A stretch of DNA of 63,932 nucleotides, the filler included, from Parasitella parasitica NRRL 2501 (Eukaryota; Fungi; Mucoromycota), in NCBI GenBank assembly GCA_025201805.1. It is 4 parts of 4 records of this genome, joined end to end, with 100 filler letters (N's around TTAATTAATTAA, not from the genome) between each part and the next. Parts side by side here need not be neighbours in the genome. Positions count along the whole stretch, not along the records: positions 23,353 to 44,773 come from MU619357.1; positions 44,874 to 61,903 come from MU619446.1; 2 more parts are not named here. One strand, 5' to 3'. The stretch's first letter is position 1. Every line of letters begins with the position of its first letter. Below the pieces are notes generated by a model. That model was not told where the DNA came from and did no database searches. It saw only the letters and a program-made list of their open reading frames with translations. Below are positions 39,716 through 52,505 of this stretch, in pieces. The position numbers and the translations under genes were made by a program.

Positions 39716-40513
39716 ATGCCAGGTAAAAAACGCGTTGTCCTGTTCAAAAAGCAAGATACAGACGATAAATACCAGCAATTACTTTTGGAAAATGGATTCG
39801 AGACAGATTTCATGCCTGTATTGGATCATAAATTGGTTAATATAGATATAATCAAGTCAATTATCCAAAATGGCCCTTCCCGAGAGCAATTATGCGCTAT
39901 GGTCCTGACGTCACAAAGGTCTGTGGAGGCGATAGACGAAGCCTGTCGTGAACTGACTAGTTTAGACCAGCATGTACGAAAAGAATGGAACTCTATCCCT
40001 ATCTATGTCGTTGGCCCACAGACAGCGGAAGCATTAGTCCAACTACCGTTATTTCGAGATTTTAGTAGTCATGATCATTGGATCGTCGCTCCTCGCGCAT
40101 CTGAATTAATCAAATCATTCAGCCCACAGCACCTAGACTCGACCGTATTATTTTTAGCTGGAGACAAGCGTCGTGAAGTTATACCCGAAGCATTAAGCGC
40201 GGCACACATTGCACTCCGAGAAATACAGAGTTACGTTACATGTGCTCATCCTGATTTAGAAAACCGTATCAGACAGGACGACAATCTGTTACAAGCAGAC
40301 TGGGCAGTTTATTTCAGTCCTTCTGGTTTAAAGTTCCTTGTGAATCAGTTAGGCAATAGAGCACATCTCTTGGCAAATACAAAAATTGCTTCCATAGGAC
40401 CAACCACTTCTGATTATATAACCAATCAACTAAAGCTGAATGTCAACGCCGAAGCAGAGAAACCAGACGCAGAACATCTAGTTAGTGCCATAATTCACTA
40501 TTCAAATAAATAA
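39716..40513 (+). CDS. HEM4: Uroporphyrinogen-III synthase
   Basis: D.Y...L...GF...MPVL.H, VLTSQRSVEA, YVVGPQTA, LFLAGDKRR, YFSPSG, IASIGPTT, AEKPD. Confidence 0.92.
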   Translation: MPGKKRVVLFKKQDTDDKYQQLLLENGFETDFMPVLDHKLVNIDIIKSIIQNGPSREQLCAMVLTSQRSVEAIDEACRELTSLDQHVRKEWNSIPIYVVGPQTAEALVQLPLFRDFSSHDHWIVAPRASELIKSFSPQHLDSTVLFLAGDKRREVIPEALSAAHIALREIQSYVTCAHPDLENRIRQDDNLLQADWAVYFSPSGLKFLVNQLGNRAHLLANTKIASIGPTTSDYITNQLKLNVNAEAEKPDAEHLVSAIIHYSNK

Positions 40514-40724
40514 AATGATTATAAAAAGACATATCACAACATCTTTATAATAGAAGGGTAGCTTAAATAAGCGTATTCAAGTTGCAATGGCGAGCAATGT
40601 TTTTCAATCATATTTTAACGTGGCAGCTTCAGCCAGTGTATCCACTAATGCTAGTACCAGTGATGGTTCAAACACTACTACAAACATGTCAACTGTATAA
40701 TTGGTGCTAAATATTACTCATTTA

Positions 40725-42712
40725 TTAAATTTTCGTAAACTGAACTTTGCCAATAGGTCGTCCAACATAGTTCCCGAAAGTGCTGTTCATTATGCGAATT
40801 TCGCTCTTTGGCGTCATATCATAGTTCTTGATAAAGTAAGAAACAATGCCTTTGACTTGGTGGATGGCAAACCAACGACCTGGACAAGCGTGTTTTCCCA
40901 TTCCAAATGAGACATTGTCCTGACCAGATCTTACAGCTAATTTATCTTTCCCTACAAACCGAAATCCATCGAATATTTCTAAATTACCCAAGCCGCTTTG
41001 GTTCTCTGGGTCATGATGCATATGGAATGCGTTGACAAAGACTTCGTGGCCTATGCATTCAACAGTAAAAAGTGTTAGGCTTTGCGAAACTTCCTATATG
41101 CCTTGTAAGTCTACCTGGTTTAATGGTAGCTCCAGATTTTAATACGACATCTTGATTGCTAATGTTGGTATGAGAAAGTCCAATGCCAGCCATACGGGTT
41201 CTCATACATTCCCTTATAAAACTATCCAATTTGACCATACTGCGGTACATGGCTGGTGTATAAACAACATCTGTGCCCGAATAATCAATACCCTCATTTG
41301 AGACTACCTGTTCTTGCTCTTGTCTTAGCTCTTCGATGTAGTGAGGATGCTTGAGAAGACAGTACATGAGATAGTTTACCGTTTCAGTTGTTGTATGAAC
41401 ACCGACGAAGATCATGATCAAAATGATTGTCGTTAGCGACTCAAGATGATCGTTGTCAACTTCATGTGGGTATTTTTTTAAAAGATAATCCAAAACATCC
41501 TCTGCCTGTATACAGAGAAGTTTTCTTTACATTAGCATGAAGCTTGTCTATAGTCACCGCGTATACTTAATACCTTATTTTTGTCTTCAACATTATCATC
41601 TTGTAATTGTTCGCTTGCTCGTTTGGCTATTTCTTTACTAAGCGAGTTTTTGATCAGGGCTCGATGTTTTTTGACAGCGTCCGACTTTGGAAAGAGATAG
41701 CTAGATCAACATTGATTAGCTGGCGCGATGACTTATCCTGTTTTTGTTTTTTACTTTGTATAGAAAGAATTAAACCAAGGGAAAATCACTCTAGATGGCC
41801 CTGGTTTAAACTCTGGCCCAATATCTGCGACAGCATGTTCAAACGCACGGATCAAATTCTCATCTTGACACATCCTAACCCCGACAAAAGCAGAGGCACT
41901 GTACTTGGATACAAAACGTCTTATAAATGGCAACAAATTAGGTACAGTGAATTGTTTATCTAGAATAATTATCTCCATTAGCATATATATGTATCTTGGT
42001 TTTTTTTTTCTTTTCTTATTTTTACCTAATGCCTGCTTATCTATTTCTTGTAAAAACTATTATTTGAAATGTTTAGCTCTGAGCAAAGATTATTAGCTGT
42101 AATGCAGCAAAACTTACCTGCTGAAATGCACGGGGGCTATATTTATTCAAGTTTGGAGTCAAATGCTTTATAATCGAATTGATAAGGGCCTTTTCCGGAA
42201 ATGTATGTTTACCAGAGCCTTCAAAAAATGATCCACCAAAAAACTATGTATACACAGTCAAAAAGTGAGCATGTAGCCAATCTGCAACATATTTTATGTT
42301 CATACCCTATTTTTGCTGGCTATGAAGCTTAAATCAGGATTATTAAATACTTCAGGAGCATCCTTCGCTCCTACAACAGTAGTAACAGCACCGTGAAAAT
42401 GCATGCGAAAAACGGATCCGAATTTCTCGGTGTTGATCTTTGCGAACTTTAGCGGGTTTGCGTAATACCGAAAGGTAGACCCCACAAATGGGAGCTTGTA
42501 AGGAATTATGGGTAGTTGCTCGTTACCATCCTGTAACCAACAGTTAGTTTTGTGTATGAAATTTTAGCGGTAAAGTTTATTACTGTTACCTTGCTTTTGA
42601 CTAACGCTAGCGTAGTTTTAACTAGCGCTACTGCAACCGTGATAGATGCTATGGTGATAACAGTGTTTTCGACACGCTTATCTGATAGTATACTTGACGA
42701 GCAAAATTGCAT
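40725..42712 (-). CDS. Cytochrome P450, multi-exon
   Basis: N-terminal TM anchor, LPIIPYKLPFVGS, I-helix FVGVHTT, ExxR (DSFIRECMR), FDGFRF and heme motif FGMGKHACPGRWFA. Start approximate. Confidence 0.9.
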
Positions 42713-43144
42713 TTGTGAATGTAATATCAATAAAGGAAAAGAGAGGGAGAGAGGGGGAGAGAGGGGGAGAGGGAGAGAGAGAGAAAAGGTTTGGACTTTT
42801 ATTTTATGGTCTACAAATGTTTCTATTTTTGGTCAAAATGGGCCGAATTTCTATATAAACTTGGCGCAGGTTTCTGGCACCACAAGGAATAGCCGTTATT
42901 GACGGTTATTGATACCATGTGAGGTTGACATGTCTCCAAAGCCTGTGCTAAATGTGCGTCTTTCTTTGTATGTATCAAACATTGGACATTGATGTGAAAA
43001 TTTTACCAGACTATGTGATAGTCTCGACGGCTTGATAATCCCTCTCAACTCCCTAAAATCTGCATCTGTTTACATAATTAATCGACACATCGAGCGATTA
43101 CCCAGCGTAAAGGGAATGTTTATTCTATGTTGCACAACTATCTA

Positions 43145-44660
43145 CAGGGTGTTTCGAAATTATTCACGCACTTTTTGAAAAAAAATTTCAAGCATTAATA
43201 AAATAAAAAATTCAAGCACCAAATGAAGCACATTAAAATTTATTAAATGGGTTTTCTGTTTAAGCAATCATCAAATTTCCCTACTGAATATCTACAAAAG
43301 CCTTGCCTTGATTTTGGAAGATAATGTCTCCTCCTTCAAAAGTGCTTCTCTCTTTACTTTACTTTTGCATACTGACCAAAATTGCTCAATGGGATTAAGT
43401 TCAGGTGAGTAAGGCGGAAGGTAAACGCATCCATAGCCATGGGACTCAATGTACTTTCTGATATCAATGTGGTTGTGAATGGGACAGTTGTCCATTGTCA
43501 GATAATGACCTCTGAACTCTTCGTATTGATTCATTATTTGTATGGTCTCAGCTACAAAATTGAGATAGTGTCCACCTTTCCCTTTCTCTTTCTCCGGTTT
43601 TTTTATAGCTCCACCTGGCCCTTTTCTCTTCTTTGAATTTGAGGCAACAACGACTTTAGGAACCTTCAATTGCACGTTAATTACACCCAAGGGTGATATT
43701 GCCCCTATGATAGTATGAGATGTCGCTCTCGTTTTGGGAATTTCCACTATTGGAGTCTCGCCCACTGGTGCCCATGCCATACTACGTTTCATGTTAATGT
43801 TGAAGCCCGACTCATTGATGAAAACACAATTGGTCATGTAATCTACATCAGTCTTCAGAAGTTCGGTAACCCATTGAAATCTAGCCTCTATCTTTGTATC
43901 ACTGTTGCGCTCTGCAGGTCGGAAAAGAGCTCTCTTCACTGACATACCACAGTGAGCGGTGACGTATTTATAAAGGGAAGATCTCGATATGTCTAAGTTC
44001 GTGAACTGACTAGTAAGTCCATCCATCATCTCATCCAGAACAATACCTGGCTTTTGGTCAATAGGGTTTACGAGATATTCCTTTTGTTCTGAGTTTATTG
44101 TCAAAGGTCTTCCAACTGGTCTTCCACTTCCTGGTTTTCTCAAGTATAGATCTTCTCCACTCTCTATGCTTTTTTGACCTTTCGTATACCATGTTTGAGC
44201 AGTACCTGGGGGTATTTTCAATTCTTTGGCAGCTCCACGAATTGACATATTCTTCTCAAATACAAGGAAATAAAACTTCTCCATATCTTCTTTCTTTATA
44301 TTTTCGGTATGTTCTCTCCGTCTTCTTCTCAGGTTTCGCTTCCGACTTAGAACTTGTCTCTTCGACTTAGTTCGCTTTTTTTGGTTTCTCGGGCGGTTTG
44401 AGATCCAAGTAAGAAGAGAAAGTGGTTATTGAGGTCAAGGGGTACTTCTCATTGTCAACCTCCATCTGGTATTCGATAACTTTGTTGCCATTTTCATCAG
44501 TTAACTTCCCACTACCATCGTCAAAATAAATTGTGGCCATCTGAAAGTAACTAAGAATTCTTAGGAAAATAAAAGTGAAGTAAACGTAACAACGTTGTGC
44601 ATTTTATTAATGCTTGAAGCTTTTTTTAATTAGTGCTTTTAGTGCTTGATTTTTATTTTT
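43145..44660 (-). mobile_element. Tc1/mariner (IS630-like) DNA transposon with a defective transposase (~44540-43292)
   Basis: TA|CAGGGTGTTTCGAAA terminus at 43145; subterminal TTCAAGCATTAATAAAAT inverted near 44601-44618; HTH region; FINESGF (first D changed to N), MDNCPIH, LPPYSPELNPIEQFW; premature stop near 44368. Confidence 0.9.
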
Positions 44661-44681
44661 TCAACTGCTTGAACAACACAA

Positions 44682-44710
44682 GACCAACCTGGACCAACCT
44701 GGACCAACCT
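44682..44710. repeat. 10-bp tandem repeat GACCAACCTG x3, with another copy at 44764-44773
   Basis: Read directly from the sequence. Confidence 0.85.
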
Positions 44711-44773
44711 TTTCTTAAAATCACTGGTATACCAAATTACAGCCAATCAGGGATTTGTATGTGGACCAACCTG

Positions 44774-44873
44774 NNNNNNNNNNNNNNNNNNNNNNNNNNN
44801 NNNNNNNNNNNNNNNNNTTAATTAATTAANNNNNNNNNNNNNNNNNNNNNNNNNNNNNNNNNNNNNNNNNNNN
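44774..44873. other. Artificial scaffold linker
   Basis: 44N-TTAATTAATTAA-44N. Confidence 0.95.
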
Positions 44874-44972
44874 AAATCAAATATAGAAATGCTTTTCGAC
44901 AATGATTGAAATATGCCAAAGAGAAAAAGGACAGCATCCTAGGGCCAATTAAAAGGAGTATCTACAAGGTTT

Positions 44973-46372
44973 TCAAAGTGGAAGCTCGTTATGATGTTTA
45001 GAAAAGAAAATCTTCCCCATTTCGTATGAACTGATCATTATTGCACAAGATGGACCAATCTTTGCCACTCTAGGCGTTATTCCTATAGCAATACATATTA
45101 GCCAGCGGCCCGTACAAATCACATCTAAAGCTTACCTCTGAATAGTCCCTTTATGCCATTCTGTTGGTAGATTTGCTTCAAGATGGCAGGTACCCGGGGA
45201 TCTGTCAAAGATGGTCTCTCTGCGGAAATGTGAACAAAAGCAAGCTAAATAGGGAATTTCAAGAGTTTACATACCTTTACCGGCATCCACTTGTCTTCTG
45301 GTCTTTGCTACGTCAAATGGTGTGGTAACTGCAGCAGACAGCTTAAGTATATATAAAAAAAAAAGTTAGGCATAAATTATATGGGCAAACGAACGATGAA
45401 AATTCAGCTTACCATGCCAGATAAAGCACCAGCAACAAATGCAATTTGTAGTTCACTCATACCGCAGTGGCTTTGTTCAATTGATCGCTTACATTCTTCA
45501 TATCCCATCCAATAAATAGCAGAAAAAGGCACATCTCTCCAAAGAGTAGGAGGCAGCCCTCTCCATAAAGCCTTGGATCCATCTTGAATGACCATTTTCT
45601 TGACACCATTCAACACATCTGGGGGGGGGAGGAAAGTCAATACAAGCAGTCTATACAAGAACATCTAGACACTTACGGCTGAAATCATGAACACCCGAAG
45701 TAGCCTGCAATCTAGTCCGAAACAGCTCAATGGGCGATATCATTGTCACGGCAATCGTGCGAGCAATGGCGCCTGCCACCAATGGAGAATAGTCGTTTGT
45801 TGAATTGAAGGAGGTAAATGGCTGGATCGATTCTCTTAAATAATCGTAACCGACAAAATAGACAACATTTGCAGGCACTGACATGAGCAAAGCTGGTGAT
45901 AGGCCTTTCCATAGAGCGGTAGCACCTTCATATTTAAAGATTTTGTACAATCCATCCTAAAAAAAGTAAGTCTTAAAAATGTTGAACTCGAAACCAAATG
46001 CGTGCGAGGGGGGGGGGGTGAGGGGCTTACAAAAGTGCCTTTGAAAACAGGTGAGTTGACTGAATTTGTTGCTGCGGAAACAGCAGCAGCTTCTGGATAT
46101 GCTGTGCATTGATACAAGTTCCCGAGCTGTCCTCCTCTAGTAATTCTATTATTTTGAAGCCCATGCTTTATAGACTGGGTGCAATTGTTGAATGTCATGC
46201 AACACATTGCTTTGGAAATGGTGTTGGTTGTTGCAGAATAGACATGCTGGGTTTGCATTCTCATCTTCACTACATCCATAGGCGTCACCATGAGTGAAGT
46301 GATGAGGGCACCAGCACAAGCTGACAACAATTTCTCGGTAGAAGTTGTGGTATATGTTGAGCTGCCCGACAT
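44973..46372 (-). CDS. MTM1: Mitochondrial carrier, SLC25A39/40 (Mtm1-like), spliced
   Basis: TPMDVVKMRMQ, Cys-containing insertion loop, LWKGLSPALLMSVPANVVYFVGYD, SPIELFRTRLQ, WRDVPFSAIYW, TPFDVAKTRRQ, KIGPSCAIMISSYEMGK. Confidence 0.9.
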
Positions 46373-46703
46373 ATTTTAAAGAAGAAGGGAAGAAAAAGGA
46401 AGATCTGATAAAAAAAAATTGAGGGGGGGCCCAAATCTCCATGGTTGCCAACACTACGTAGACCAACCAGATGGCAGCTGAAAGTTTAGAAAACAGAATA
46501 TGTGAGAAAAACACATTGACGTTTTGGTAATCTGATTTTTCAGAATAGTCCATGTTTCGACATTTAGTATCGTCGCAGTCATTGTCAAATTGATACCTGC
46601 GAGTGATGATGGATGCAAAACAGATTAATGATAATTTATTGTTTAAGAATACAGTGAAATCAATGGGATATTATAATGCAAAAGGAGAAACAAGCAAAAC
46701 AAA

Positions 46704-47608
46704 CTAGACTAATAAGACGGCGTTGATGCAGCCATCATTCTCAGGATTATTAGTGACCTGAGCATATTTACCCCACACAACTTTACCGCCTGTAGTCACC
46801 AAGCCCAGTTCTGATACGTTGACTTCAAGCACAGTGCCCTTTGTGATCACACCAAGTTGGGTATACAGAGGAGATTGCGGATTCTTCTTGACACCGATGA
46901 TGGGCAAGCAAAAGGTAGCTTTCAACTCTGGATGTGTTACATGCGCCTTCTTGTAGCGAAGGCCCATGGGACGAACAAAGCGCTCATACTTTGGTGGTTT
47001 GCGAGTGAAGCCTTCGCCAACAAAAGTGGCCTTTGTAACCAGGCGCTTCCACTGTTTTGTCTTGTGTTTACCAGTCTTTACAACCTTGAACATTTCGTCC
47101 TCTGCCATGCCACGCACAGTGGGCAGAGGGACCGACCATTTGCCTGCCTTTTCCTTACGCTTCTGCTTGACCATATTACTCAAAATCTTTGCACGATCCT
47201 GGCCTTCACGATCCAAAAGATAAGTGGGCACAGCGCCCTCGGGAATAGCATCTGCGGATTTCTGTTTGGCATTCTTCTCCTCATGTTGTTTAATCGTCTT
47301 CTTCATTTGAATCTTTTCTGCATGACGCTTCTTGTTCAGCATTTTGGCCTTTAGCCCATGCACCTTTTGTGCATACTGGGAGGCCTTGTGAGCTTGGCGA
47401 GCCTCTCTCTTGCGTCTGGTTGAGAAAATGAATCAATTTAAAATGCTTCGTTTCGCTGTCATCATCAACTTACTTGCGCTCTTCGTAGTCAAGACGACGA
47501 CCATGTCGCTTGATGTGCTCCTCAATATGCTCGTTTTGAGGCTACCAAATGTGAGTTGCGTTAGTTTTTTCGTTTCAATAAACAGGTCAACCTATAGACA
47601 ATTACCAT
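46704..47608 (-). CDS. NSA2: Ribosome biogenesis protein Nsa2
   Basis: ATG-only first exon, then [22 protein letters not shown]...; conserved C-terminus [22 protein letters not shown]. Confidence 0.97.
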
Positions 47609-47732
47609 CTTGTGGATTCAAAAAGAAAAAAGAGGTTGTTTGATCCATCATGAAAAAAAAAAAAAAAATGGCTGAAAAAGCCTGGCATGGTGACCATTTT
47701 TCACATGCATAATTCGTTTATTTAATAAAGAT

Positions 47733-50499
47733 CTACAGTTGATTCTGTCCCTTGAAAGCATCCCAAGCTTCATTCAAGCTTGCAAAGATACCACTAGCCA
47801 GCATGCGCTGTTCGACAGAAACATCAGATGGAAGCTGCATAGGTAATCAGATTAGAGTTCATCCAAAAAAAAAAAAAAAAAAAAAGCTCTTTGCTTCCCA
47901 CAATATACCTTATCAGGATGCACCTTGCCAATAGCCTTCATATACGTAATTTTGCATTTTTTAGGGTTAATCAGCTCACTCATTTGAGCGCCCTTCCATT
48001 GAGCATCAGGCCATAGCAAGGTGTCTAGTGTGGCTAACAGAGCTCTCAAGTTTTGCTCCTTGCCAGCCTTCCACGCAATCAAACGGGCATTCACATGGTC
48101 TGTCTTTTCTAGTTTCTCTGCATCCTCAGCCTCCTGCTCTGCCGCCTTGGCTCTCATGGCGGCAACAGCTTTACTCTTGCTCAATTCTGCATCGGACACT
48201 GCTGGTTTACTAGCAGGAGACGGCGCATTGGGATCAAATATGGACATAAAGTCCTGCTTGGCATCAGTTGGTTGAACAGGTTCAGTCTTTCTAGGTGTGG
48301 ATGGCGCAGTCTTTCTAGGATTCAACGCCTGTTTGCATCGAGACATGCCTTGGGACGCTTTGGAGTTACTGCCGCCTTGATGCTTCAAGAGCTCGTCGTA
48401 TGTAGCCAATGCTTCCTTGTACTTTTCAATATTTTCGAGTGCTTCTGCCTTGCGGGAGAGTGATTTGATTATTTGCTCGCGCCATTGAATGACGACGCCT
48501 TCGCAGGTAGAGCTTCCTTCGCCGCTCTGTTTAGCTAATCCTAGTGCAGCATCGCAATCTTCAATGCATTTCTTGTACTGTCCAATCTTTAGACGAGCCA
48601 TGGCTCGATTGTTGAAAAGCAATACTTGATGATCATGCCCAGCTGGAAGCATGTCAATAGCGCAAGTGTAGGCTACTTCAGACTCGCCAAACTGACCCAA
48701 TTTGAACATTTTATTGCCTTCTGTTCTCGCTCTGTTGGCTCTAGCCATAACGTCCGGAGATGCATTGACTATAGGCCGTGAGCGAGTGTTCTTGGGGGTT
48801 TCTGGCGGTAACGTTGATAGTGCTGGCTGCTGTTTTTTCAACTCTGGATATGCGTTTGATCTGGGAGATGATCTGCCACTGCCGCCTCTACGGCGAGAAG
48901 GAGACACATACGTCTCTTGCTCATCGTCAATCAGAATGTCCTTTTTCAGCTTTAGTTGCTGTCTTTGCTTATGAGCAGCGGCAGCCTGTTGTCTATGCTT
49001 CAGCTCTTGCTGTTTCCTCATTTCCTGAATTTTTCGTCTTTCTGCCTCCAAATTTTGCCCCTCGCTCTCACTATCCTCGTCATCCGCAAACCGCTCGACT
49101 GGTTTACTAGATACATCTAAAGTCCCATCGTTGGTTTGCATCCATTTGGGCCTCACAGTTCCGTTCTGGGTCTCTTGCATTTGCTGCAAACGCTGTGATC
49201 GCTGCTGCTCTTGCCAATCGCCGACTGCCTTGGTTACCTTTTCTCTGCCCACCTTGAGATAAGAGGTGGCGTTTTTGTACAGATAACCACCCAACTCTTG
49301 AGCTTGGATAACAATTTTATCGGTTGTTTCTTGCAGAGAATGATCTTGGGTTTCTTTGGAGGCTCCTTGTCTTGGCTTTGCTTTGGCCTGAATTTGCCGA
49401 TGGCGAGATGGAGGTGTATGAGACTCCACACCACCAGTGAAAAGCGAGCTGTGTGCGTGCTCATTCTGCGAGATGGGTTGGTTTGGACGGGCTGCAGTGG
49501 CGGCTGTGGATGGATGAATTTGAGCAGATCTCGAATTCTGGACAAGCAAATCTACGGCTGATTGCAAATCCTGGCCAACAGTTGCCTCGATGGCAAACTT
49601 GGACTCCCGAAGGCTAAATCCCATTTCAATCAGCTGAGCTAGCATTGCATCCTCTTGATCCTCATCAAGCACGATTCCAGACCCTGGACTGACGGGGATG
49701 TGATGCTGCTGCATAGGTGATTCAGGAAAGGAAACATCTGCTTCACGGGTTTCGACGGCTTGAGGCGATGTTATAGCAGGGCCAGCCAAAATTCCAAGTG
49801 GGTTGTCATCCTCTTTATGGTCCAGCACGGCTGGATTCGAAGCTCGAGGAGATTCGCTGCGGTGTGTACGAGAATCCATGTCAAACAGGTCTATGGCTGA
49901 TGCATCGTTGTGGGTGTTGGTGTTTAGTTTTGTGTCCAAGAAATCAAGATCCCATTCGCTGCTGGAGCTAGGCATCGACGTTTGAGTGCGTCTTGATAAA
50001 AAAAATTAGAAAACAACAACAACAACAACAATAACAACAAAAAAGGCACCCAGGGAAAGTCTTGTCATTAAACTTACAATTGGTTTAGTGGCGTACTTTT
50101 GCCTCCATCTTGGTTCTTATTGTGGCTCCCGAAAGAGCTTAACAAGTTTTCGAGTGAAGACGAATTTGTGCTGGATACAGATGCTTGCTTAACGGGCAAT
50201 GGCGAGGCAGATAAAGGTGTCTGTCTGGAGGTATTATCAGATGTCCAGGTGGGCGTTGACACTTGGGTTGGCGCCGACCATGGAGAGCTTGGATTGCTCG
50301 GTTGTTGCTGCTGCTGCTGTAATTTTTGTCGCTCTAGTAACGAAAGCTTGGAAATGTCTACTGGTTTAGGCGCTGTGGATAAAAGGTCTGCAAAGGCATC
50401 TTTCGGCGTCTCTGGTTTCTGAGACAGTTGCTTTGCAGTGGAAGTGGAAGGAGAGGAGCGGGGAGGCTCAGACCAACTCAAGTCTAATAGATCATCCAT
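47733..50499 (-). CDS. SWA2: Auxilin-like clathrin uncoating factor (UBA-TPR-J domain)
   Basis: MDDLLDL N-terminus, UBA (LAQLIEMGFS), TPR (GNKMFKLGQF...NNRAMARLK), J domain WKAGKEQNLRALL...KAIGKVHPDK|LP...IFASLNEAWDAFK. Confidence 0.9.
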
Positions 50500-50841
50500 T
50501 TGTGTAATTGAGAACAAAAAGAATGTGCTTTCTGTCTGTCGTTAGAGCACTTTTGAAATATGTGCATTTCTCGCGGCATGCGAATACATAATGCGTCACA
50601 GACAACACAATCTAAACAATTTGACAGCATTTATTACTACAGCAGATGTTTGTCAATTATGGAGACAAATGACTTTTTTTTTTTCACAAGCAAATCACCC
50701 AGTGGAAAGCAAATAATGCTCAGATAGCGCTTATTATGCCAGCATTGATCAGGCCTCAAATCCAAAAGTGACGCAGGGTAGAGTGGTTCATGTATATTGT
50801 TTTATTAAATAATTTCTGCATTTATGTATATGTTTAAATAT

Positions 50842-51434
50842 CTAGTGGTGATGATCCTCAGGTTTTTGGAAACGAATACCACCTAAAATTCTATTTAGTA
50901 ACAGTGGTAAATCAAACTTTACAACCACTTACAGTAGGTACAAGGATGAGGTCCAGGCTTATCCAAATTGATGTAAATTTTGGGATGACCCAATGGTCCA
51001 CCGCCTACAGCAAACCACCTTGATTCAGTACATGATCCTTCCTATTCCGTCAGACACTTACCACCATCACAATGAGTGATGCGTTCCTTCACGAATCGGA
51101 TAGGCTCTTCAGCAATAAGGTCGATGGCAGCCATAGGATTGGGCTAATACAGTGCATTTGATGATTAATTTTCATGGCCCACAAACAAGATTGCTGGTTG
51201 ATTGTTTACCTGAGTGCCAAGATCTGTCTGCTCGAAGCGAGGTCCAACAAGAGCATCGGCCTTTGCACGCTGAGACTCGGACCAAGTAGGGGCACGGTTC
51301 TCAGCTTGCTTAACTTGAGGTGCAAGAGATTTAGCAGAAGGTTGGATGCTGGTTGTGTAAGCAGCTGTAAAGCTCTTTAAACTGATTTGACGGACATTGT
51401 GGGCGCCAATACGTTGAATCGATTGTCGAAGCAT
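50842..51434 (-). CDS. NDUFS6: Complex I 13-kDa zinc-finger subunit (NDUFS6/NUMM)
   Basis: QAENRAPTWSESQR...GPRFEQTD, PMAAIDLIAEEPIRFV, CDG|GGGPLGHPKIYINLDKPGPHPCTYC|GIRF. Confidence 0.93.
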
Positions 51435-52505
51435 GGTGTTTCTTTGTTGTGGGTGGGCTAGTGTAGGAAACTTGGAACAAGAGAAAATGTAAACTTTCTG
51501 GTTGAAATACCTGGGCTCCGTTCGTTCAACTGCCATGCTTGTGATGTCACGAAAAAGAAGGGGGTTTGGGTCTCCGTGGTACGATGCTTTGAGTGATAGA
51601 TTGGAAACAGATGCATCTGATAGAATGAGGAGCACTCCATGAGGAAGCTTGTACAATATAGTAAATCTATTCTGCTCATTACAGTAAGATATATATATAC
51701 CAAATTTCGTAGATGGAGTGGGATATCATGGCATCTAAGCGAATTAATGGACGCCGGGTTAATCAAATATACTCAGCATAGAGACTATACATATTGCTGG
51801 CTGATTTATTTGGAGCTAAAGTAGATATTTTGATCATAATCATTTATACATTAGGCATTGATAACGAGACATTTCCTACTAGCTGAAGCGGCGGTGTTGG
51901 GGGGGGGTATTGTCCACAGTTTTACTTTTTGTTTCTATAGAAACCATCACCACATTTATCTGGCAAACATATGCCACTACGTGCTACCACTAGTTCAAAA
52001 TAGAAGCTATGTTTTCCAGGCAATAAAGAAAACAAAATGAAGTTAACAAGTTTCTGTGAGATACGATTTTACATGGAGGTATACATAGTAGATACCATAT
52101 TGGACTAGTGGCAGTTTGAGCGTATTTGAGTATACTTTCATGGCTTTATGTTTATTTTACTCGAGATCATTTTTATCTGAAATGATAGACGGACACGTAA
52201 AGCTCTCCAACGCAATTACAATCGACTTTTATACATTTGGTTTCGACATGTTGAAGAAAGCGCTGTTCCAGGTAATCAAGCTGCCTTTAGTTATGGAAAG
52301 ACCATCTCATAAGGATCAACGACCATTGTCCATTGTGACTTGAGAGACGACAGCAAAACATCTCTCTCGTGCTACGAAACTAGACTTTGCTCTTTTTCCA
52401 TTCTTCTTTCGCTCGAAAAAAAAAAAAAAAAAAAAAGCTGGTGTAATTCTATCATTACACTTCGTCTACATTTCCTGGGTATAATATCCTCTTTACATTA
52501 GCAGC